DNA of 59,062 bases, the filler included, from Sluysia triapertura (lineage: Eukaryota): NCBI GenBank assembly GCA_046118255.1. It is 4 parts of 4 records of this genome, joined end to end, with 100 filler letters (N's around TTAATTAATTAA, not from the genome) between each part and the next. Parts side by side here need not be neighbours in the genome. Positions count along the whole stretch, not along the records: positions 47,862 to 59,062 come from JBJNIA010187403.1; 3 more parts are not named here. One strand, given 5' to 3'. Under the pieces are notes generated by a model that saw only the letters and a program-made list of their open reading frames with translations, was not told the origin of the DNA and searched no databases. Of this stretch, positions 50,641-59,062 are shown one piece after another. Position 1 is the stretch's first letter. The number at the start of each line of letters is the position of its first letter. Made by a program: the position numbers and the translations under genes.

Positions 50641-53600
50641 CTAAAAGTAATAATAATATGAACAACGATAATAATAATAATAAAAAGAAAGGGTGTGAAA
50701 CTTCATGCTCTGATGGAAAAGGTGGACTCAGCGGATTGACAGAAGTAATTATATAATAAATTATTGTAATTTAAGTACATTATATATTATTCAAGTTACA
50801 AAATATTATACTTTATTTAAGTGATTAAATGTTGGTGTAATATGTGGTGAATGTTTGTGATTGTCTGTGTTAGGGGTTTATGAATGAGCTGAACACTACA
50901 ATGATAAATGTACAGTGATGTTTTGAGAGAAAGTAATGTTAAGCTGTTAGGTTTTGATGGTAACAGATCGTGAATTTAAAATGTTTTGAAGATGTCTATT
51001 AGTTAATTTCGAATGTGATTGTGATTGAATTGTTATGAAGTGTCGAATAAAATATTTTTGGTGAGTCTCTTGCTGTAAATTGACGGTATTGAATGTGATT
51101 GTGGTTTGAATGTTGTAAGGTTATAGATTTGAAATGTTTTGGAAAAATTGGATGTTGATTTTGGTGGATGTGAAAAGGAATAAGATATAAGAACGGTTGT
51201 GACGAGATTTACAAAGTTGTTGTGTGGTGTTGAAACGAATATGATTTTAATTACTTTTGAGTTAAATTGTAAATTTAAAAATGTGAGTTGTAGATTTTGG
51301 GGATAAATGTTATATTGAGGAAGACTTATGTAACAGAATGTTTTTAATGAATTTCTAAAAATGTTTAATATAAATTTTTAATAAAATTGGTTAAGGTAAT
51401 AGGTTGGTCACCACATTTACAAATATAAAATCAAATGAAAATAAATTTTTCTAATTTTGTTATATTAATAGTATCATTTATTCATTGTTAATTTAAAATA
51501 AAATTATTATTTTACGTTATTTTCTTTTAAATAAATAGAGATTGGGGTTGGAGCTACGGAATAAATTTGAAATCATATAAGTAAAGTTCATGAAATAAAG
51601 ATTTTAAGAATAGAGTAATTGCTGCTTAATATAAAGTTATAAATTGAAATAAAAGCCTCCTAAAATATGATAGAAGTAAAGAATATTTACACAAGATTAA
51701 TCAAGACATAGTAAAATAATAACAAGAGTTTGAAAGAATTATTTAATAGATAAGCACTGGGTCGAGCATTAGAATTCACACTTCCAGATAAGATAAATAT
51801 AATATAATATATAGATATCACTTGTAAAATAAATTAGTAAAGAAAGTTTACGTTAAAAATAATAATAATAGAATTCGCACACAAAACTTTAGAGTTAAAC
51901 CACATAAAGTATATATAGCTAATTATAAAGCAGAATTGTTGCCTGATATAAAAGAGTTCATTTAAGCACATTCAAATATTTATAACACGTAACTATATAA
52001 TTTTTACCATTTTTATTCGCGACGAAACTACGAGAAAACCAGAATTAAGCATTTTTACTAATAATATAAATGCATTTAAAATGAAAGAGAATTTTATCGA
52101 TACCGAAAGCATAAAAAACCAGAATTAAAGATTTTTAAAAGTAACAGTTTAATTAATGCACAAATAAAAATTTTTATCGATTATGCAACACTGAAAGTAA
52201 AAGTATAGTATTATACTGACAGTGAAAGTGAAATTAAATACTTCAGATTATCAAAAGGACAGAATAAAGTAGTCTATCAGAAATAAATTTTTATCCTAGG
52301 AAGGAAATTGAGGTCTGTAGAGAACTCGTCATACGGTGTTCATCATAATTCATCACATAATATTCACTATAACTCATCTCATATAGTTCATCACAACACA
52401 TCGCTTAAAAACGATACACACATACACAAACTATTAAACGAACTACTAAACTCTTTCAAAAGTAAACACGACCATCATATCTAACAAAGTATTTCATTTT
52501 TTGTTTATTCATTTAATGTTGATATTATATTTTTATTCTCATAAGTTAATACATCCTGTATTTTATTGTTCGTTTAAAATGTTTTTATTGTTAGTTAATT
52601 CGGGCCTTAAGCCCTTTTTGATGAATTTAAACGTTAAATTAATTAGTTATTTTAGTTTAATAGTTTTTAAATTTTTAAAACCCAAAAAATATAATGTTAA
52701 GAAAAAAATTAAATCTTTAAGAAGGATCAAATGGTCCATGACGCTCACAACACTTTAAGGTCATTAAAAGTTACATGCTTAAATCTTGACGACTGCACCT
52801 TATTCCTACCTCAAGCTAATTTAAAGCTATATAATGCGAGAATCTATTATAGAAGATTCCACTTTTGAAATCTTAAAATTTCGTAGCTCCTTCAATATCT
52901 TTTCTGTATAATGTGTCTTAGATTCTTATTTACATCAGTTCCCTTAGCTTCGCCTTTCCTGTTATATCAACTTACTAAAATCCGACTTAACTTCACAGAC
53001 AAATAACTACAATACCCACGACTTTTTCCCAATACAAGTTAGATAACATTTAATATGTAAAGGATTGAGAATGGTATTGATTCGGGTTAGACATTGGTAA
53101 AAGCTATTGTTTAACGGATGGTGGTTATTTGGTTAACGGGTTGTAGTTTTTATTTGGTTAAAGTTTCGTAGGAGACAAAAGTTCGCAATTACATATTATC
53201 GCACATACAATATTTTATATTTTATATTATATTTTAATATTGATAAATAATTATAACTAATTATAATTATAAATAATTATACCACACTAAAAATATCATT
53301 TAATTTAAAATTAAAATTTTGGTAATAAGTATGGGTTGAAACAGTTTAAACTGCTTTGTTTAAACAACCTTCGAATTCATTATTTGTGTTTGTATATTTT
53401 CACTTCTATACCTCGACGAAGGACCTATAAGAACTCTGACTCCTAATAAGTTAGATTTATCTCTATACAAAAAAGAATAACGCAAATAGGATTAAGCTAA
53501 CATTCTTAAAAATAAATTCCAACATTTAACAAATAAAAACCTAACACTATCTTAATATGAAAAAAATTCTCATTTTTTCTTACACATTCTTACTGAAGAA

Positions 53601-53688
53601 GTTATATTTATATGATTTCATTTTTCACTCTCATATTAAGTATTAAAAGTTTATTCTTTAATTATTTACAAATCAACTAAAATATTAC

Positions 53689-54057
53689 CTGTTCATTAGA
53701 CAGAAATAAAAGGCACGTAAGAACAATTGGAACTGATAGATCTTTCGACATTTCTTTGGATATTCGACTATCAACTACCTGCAGCATTTTACTAAGATTG
53801 GTAGATTTCGATTTAACTAGAATTTCATTTTGCTCATTTTGACACTTTAAAAAATCATTAATCTCCATTAATTCAATAGATTCTCTCAAATGATTGAAAA
53901 TTTCCTGTTTCAAACGTTTAACATTAATCCGTTTTGCTGTTTTTGCATAATTGATATGAATTTTTTCTACTTGCTTCACGGAAGGTATCTGTACTCCATC
54001 AATACATTGATCATGCCCAATATCATCGTCCACAACTGGATTCAAATCATTCTCAAA
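53689..54057 (-). CDS. NCAPH: Condensin I kleisin subunit CAP-H (barren/Cnd2), C-terminal internal exon
   Basis: VEKIHINYAKTAKRINVKRLKQEIF and DLSVPIVLTCLLFLSNEQ match CAP-H [20 protein letters not shown] and LSIPLAFACLLHLANEK; catttag acceptor and CAG|GTAATA donor, both phase 0. Confidence 0.92.
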
Positions 54058-55400
54058 CTAAATGTAACAAAGTATAATTTAAATAACAATTTTAAATAAA
54101 AAAATTGAATTTAAAATAATAATTTTATTATCGAGATATTAATTTCATTTCTAGAGTAATCAAATATAAAAATTTGTAAAATACAATTTTTTTTAAATAT
54201 TTTAAATGTTTTACAGTTCTACCCAATAATAAATTCTATAAACGTTAATTTTGATGACTCAAATAATTTAAATTTTTTGAAATAAATGTTTTTAATTTCA
54301 TAAATATCCATAAGTTTGTTATATTTTGCTATACATATGAAAAATATTAGATTATTAAAAGACAGAACTCTATCATTCTAATGGAGCAAAGTTTAGAATA
54401 ACGTTTTATTATTGATAAGGTAAGAATTCAAGTTCATTTGCAGAAACTTTAACCAAATCAACATTTTTGAGGTTACTGAAATTTCGTAAAAATACTCACA
54501 TTCGTGTATTTTCGTGTACATTATTTTATTTCGTGAAGTTTCAAAGACCAATAACTTGTTGATTTAATCTAATATTTCGAAGTGAAAAAAGAATCATTCA
54601 AAATCGAAACTTTAGTTAACAAAGTATAAAAGTATAGTTATACATAAACCCTACAATCAAAACTCAATTAACGCAACAATAATATTTTAATACACTTTCT
54701 CACATTGATAATTTTTTCAATAATACGCATACTTACATTTTACTTCATTACGCATAGGTTAACAAATTTCTTTCATTTGATGTATAAAAACAATCATATC
54801 ATTATTATTGTCATATAGTTATTGTTTTCACTATTCTATTTTCGTTAATTGACTTATTGTTATAACTTTCTCATTGTATTTCTATGATGCGTCAATATGA
54901 ATTTCTCGTTATATATCCTTATAGTTGAATTCAATTTATCTCAATTAATTGCTAATTAAAAATATTATTGTGTCAAAGGAAGTAGCTCTAATTTTATTCT
55001 ACCTCATTCATATTTAAATCATTTTATTCGATTGTAACTATGTAAAAAACAAAGCTGCTGTATACAGTTCATATACAAAAGTCACAAAATGTCTTAGTAG
55101 ATAATCAAATAAGAAGTTGGTTTGAAATTATTGTAAAGAATTATTTAGCAAACTGAGAAGATTATTGAGAATGCTTTAAGCATTTCATTGAAATAATAAA
55201 AAGTTAAAAATTAAATATATTATTATTATTATTATTAAAATATTATTTATTTAATTTTATACTTTAATAATTTATACTTATTTAATTTTAGACTTTAAAT
55301 TAATAAACTCATTAAAATTAATTCTGCTTCTGTCAACTTTGACAGATCATTTGGTACAAAATTAGTTTTCACAAACATAAATTAATTCATACCTTTCACT

Positions 55401-56507
55401 ATGTCTCAATCTTTGTCTGCTTATTTTAAAAGCTGCATGGTGACAGACAATGATTTTTATTCGTAGTTTAATACTATCTTCGTTTCTAATTTTATTGGCC
55501 AACCAATGAGATTATACTTTTTAGTATAATCTTAACTATTGGAGTATAGAATAATAATTAGTTTAAAATCACAATTTAATGTCAACAACACCAAAAACAC
55601 AAGTTATACTTAATAAAAGTTAAAAAATTTTATCAGCTCACAAAAATTTTTCAGAATTAATTTTTTAGACTAAATTTTATTATATTATAAAACGAGTTCT
55701 TACGTTTTACAAAAAATTTAAAGATTTGAACAGTTGCGACGACAATTATGATAATGAAGATTATTATAACGATGATGATCAAACTCATTCGTACTCAGAC
55801 TACAGTACGCTTGATGATTTATCAAATCATAATAGATTTAGAAAGTATTGTAATGATCAATTAGAAAGAAAGCATATAACTAGTATTAAGAGCAGCTATA
55901 CAGAATTACAAGAGACTATTCGAATTTTGAAAGTTAATGAAGTGTCCCCTTCAATTATTTTACAAAATGCTGTCGAAAATATAGATGAGTTAAGCGAAAC
56001 ATATAAACATGTTGAATTAAAAAATAAGCGTCGTGTAATGAGCAAGATTTACAATTTTCGTTAAGCCGGCATATTTCGTTACCAACAACTAACTCTGATA
56101 TTTGTAAAGCAAAGATGTTACCAGATGTCTCTAGTCTCAATAACACTCACAGTGTCGTTCTGAACAAGTCACGCACTAACCAGTCAATTTTTAATGTAAC
56201 ACAACCATCTAATGCTTCGATCAGACCAATTAGACCGTGCAATGTTACAAGTGTTGATAATGCAAAGCACCATATAATACAAGACTATGATATATCATGT
56301 TTCTTCAAATCAGCATTATGTCCATATGGAATTTCAATAACAGGGGAAAGCATCAATAATAGAAAATCTTGTCCATATGCACATGGATTTCTCGAATTGG
56401 TTTCAATTCCTGGATTATATGCAATTAGTCTTCCTCAGTCACAGTTTAAAGAAAACGAATTTGATGTAACATCTCAGCAGTACTGTTACAACAAAAAACT
56501 TTTATAA
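55401..56507 (+). CDS. Max-like bHLH plus Unkempt-type CCCH zinc-finger protein (model 251 aa)
   Basis: Exons 55401-55462, 55734-56034 and 56115-56507 join in frame. LERKHITSIKSSYTELQETIRILKVNEVSPSIILQNAVENIDEL resembles Max [77 protein letters not shown] resembles a CCCH finger. Confidence 0.7.
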
Positions 56508-57509
56508 AGTAATTTTTAATACTATGAATCGCTTACCATTTTTTATTCAAGATGATTATAATTTTGTAATTTTATTTAGAAAAATCAATGGTAATTTCAT
56601 CGTAGCATATTCTTGTGTGAATGAACATTCTTGGCCATTAACTTTTCATGTTATTAAAGAAAATTTTAATATTATAATTTTCGTTTACATATTAATAAAC
56701 TTTTTAGATGTTATTTTTTGTTCAAATAAATTAAATAATTTAATTATTTTAATAATACTAGTTAAAATTTTAAAAAAAAAATTAATTATAATTATCCAAA
56801 CCTACACAAATGGCGTTTGGATAAATTACGCCCAAAATATGATTTCCAGAAGTCACTTTACAAGCAAATTTATAGTAAAAATGAAAAGACCATCAGGAAC
56901 TAATGATTCCATCAAAAATGATAATATGTTAAAAGTCAAACCCAAATCAAACAAAATAAATTAATCTCCAAACATTTACATTAACTTTAGGTATCAAATA
57001 AACAACTTCAGTATTTAGAATTATCTCAAGTTTGAAATGAATCAAATTAAAACTAATCGCAATGATTATTCATTCATTCTTTAAATCTTTTGAATCTTTT
57101 TCAATTTTTAAATCTAAAATTCATTTAATTTAAATTTCATAACATTCATTCATTGTTTTAAATTAAAATTTATTTAATTTAAATCTATCTAAAATAAAAT
57201 TAAAATCATTATCATTAAGATTATAATGCTTTATATCAATTTAAAATGAGATTTAATAGAGTTAATTGAATTTAAAATTTAATAATAAATAGTAACTAGT
57301 TTTAAATTGAAATTAAAGAAATTGTCATTTTAAAATGAGATTCTATAAAAACAATGTAACATTAATTTTTAAGAACATAAAGATCATCCTAATATGAGAG
57401 TTAAAATTATGTTAAGATTGAATAAAATTAGTATACATTTTTTTCGATTAGAATTAATTTAAATTAAAGATTAGGCGAATTATAATCGAGAAAAATCATC
57501 TTAAAATAG

Positions 57510-57648
57510 AATAAATATAAACCATATACAATTAAAATTTAATAACAATTTCGAGCAAAAAATAATAATCATTGCGCAATAAATATAAACCATATACAAT
57601 TAAAATTTAATAACAATTTCGAGCAAAAAATAATAATCATTGCGCAAT
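57510..57648. repeat. Perfect 68-bp tandem duplication
   Basis: AATAAATATAAACCATATACAATT...CATTGCGC repeated twice exactly. Confidence 0.92.
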
Positions 57649-58574
57649 GTTTACCTATAATTATTATTAACCTATAATAATTATTATTATTTACTAATAA
57701 GAATTAACTGTGTAATTATTATTTATAATTTATAATTATATATGAAATTTATTAGTCTAATATTTACCATGTATATAAAATTTATTGATGGAATTTGTAT
57801 AAAACTTGATCTATCACATAAATTTATTAAATCATTGTAGAATTTATTATGTATATAAAATTTATTGATTACTATATGCATGGAATTTTGACTTTTATTA
57901 TGTGTAATTGTGTATGAAATTTTATATAAAATTAAAATTAAAGAATCAGAAGAGTGTTACAGTTCATTACGTGTTGTCGTCATTCGAGTTTTCTCGGAAT
58001 GAAACAGACATGAACTCACTATGCACACCTCCTGTTCAACATATCAAATGGTTTATGGAACAATTCCTTGTTTAATTTTAAATCTAATTTTAAATTTTGG
58101 AACATAAATGTTCATCGTACGACTTATTTTATTTTTATAATAAACAGTTCTCCGGTTTAAATAAGAATAGATAGGTTTATAAAACAAATCAACAAAGATG
58201 AACGTCCTCTAATAACTAACAATATCAAATAAAAGTTCTTCTTATTAACAGACCTATTAAGATCTACAATAAAAAATGATTCACAACAAACATAATATAA
58301 TTACCTCTAAAAATGGCCTTATGACTGCATAAATTATTTATTTTTATACATATAATCAATGCGTAAAGTTAAAGAAAATATAGTGTAATCATAAAATCAA
58401 TAAAACTTTGTTATAATTGAGAAGATCACTGTATCATGTATAATTCACATTCCATATTTTGAAAGTTACAAATATTGATTTTATAATTTTGAAAGGCCAA
58501 AGTTTATGTTGTATTTCCTAAAATTTGTGAAATGTAAAAACATTTCCAATCATAAACTAATTTCAATTTGTACA

Positions 58575-58950
58575 ATGGCAAGCAGTGGGAGCATGTTTAT
58601 ATTATTGAAGCGATTAGTGACGTGGGTCTTGCATCCCATGAAATATATAATAGACATATATAATTGAGTTCACCCATACTTTAGAAAGGTATGGTTTAGT
58701 AGTTGACAATGTTTCTTATAACACTGACAATGAAAAGTTTGAAGCTAAGTTTAATATTCAGTAAATCTTAAGATTGAGGCCTTAATCTGGTATGTCTAAT
58801 CCTATTGAAAATCTTTGAATTAAAATAGAACAAGCTTTAAAAGCGAAACGAATTCTTGTTTATTGAGGTCCTCAAGAGTTATCAATTATCGAATGCAGAA
58901 AAATGTTCGAGAAAATAGGCCAATTATGGTGGCCAACCTATTTACATAAT
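58575..58950 (+). mobile_element. Decayed Tc1-type transposase C-terminus
   Basis: SNPIENL*IKIEQALK resembles SPDLNPIENLW; the remnant ends in ANYGG, like the Tc1 terminal A.GG.T.Y. Confidence 0.65.
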
Positions 58951-59062
58951 AATCATTCTCTACAAATCACATTCAAAAATAACATCACAAAACAACATTA
59001 AATTAAATCAACACATTATACATAAAACCATACTCTTAAACATTTTGATACTCCCATATTTA

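Noticed and set aside
56019-56027. A_AAA_AAT slippery site as a programmed -1 frameshift joining bHLH and CCCH
   Set aside because: The first codon after a -1 shift is TAA (56025).
56524-56964. 146-aa plus-strand ORF
   Set aside because: I/N/K/F-rich translation of AT-rich low-complexity DNA with no motif; probably 3' UTR or intergenic.

Overview
Very AT-rich eukaryotic scaffold, most likely from a fast-evolving metazoan, with spliceosomal genes mixing tiny (35-63 nt) and kb-sized, transposon-filled introns. Three 100-nt assembly gaps each carry an artificial TTAATTAATTAA linker. Recognisable genes: a 3' exon of CDP-diacylglycerol synthase (10.7 kb), a single-exon La-motif protein (25.9 kb), a multi-exon ENL/AF9-type YEATS protein (38.7-45.7 kb) and the C-terminal exon of condensin I kleisin CAP-H (53.7-54.1 kb, minus). 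Two more gene models emerge only when small exons are spliced by hand. One is a Max-like bHLH with a degenerate basic region joined to an Unkempt-type CCCH zinc finger, apparently nested antisense in a CAP-H intron (55.4-56.5 kb). The other is a small OB-fold protein resembling TPP1/Est3 or RPA70N (18.7-19.9 kb). The rest is decayed mobile DNA (mariner, Tc1, pogo/Tigger, hAT, TTAA-flanked MITEs, CR1/L2 RT fragments, a solo-LTR family) plus two tRNA 3' fragments. All homology calls are motif comparisons by eye from memory, not database searches.
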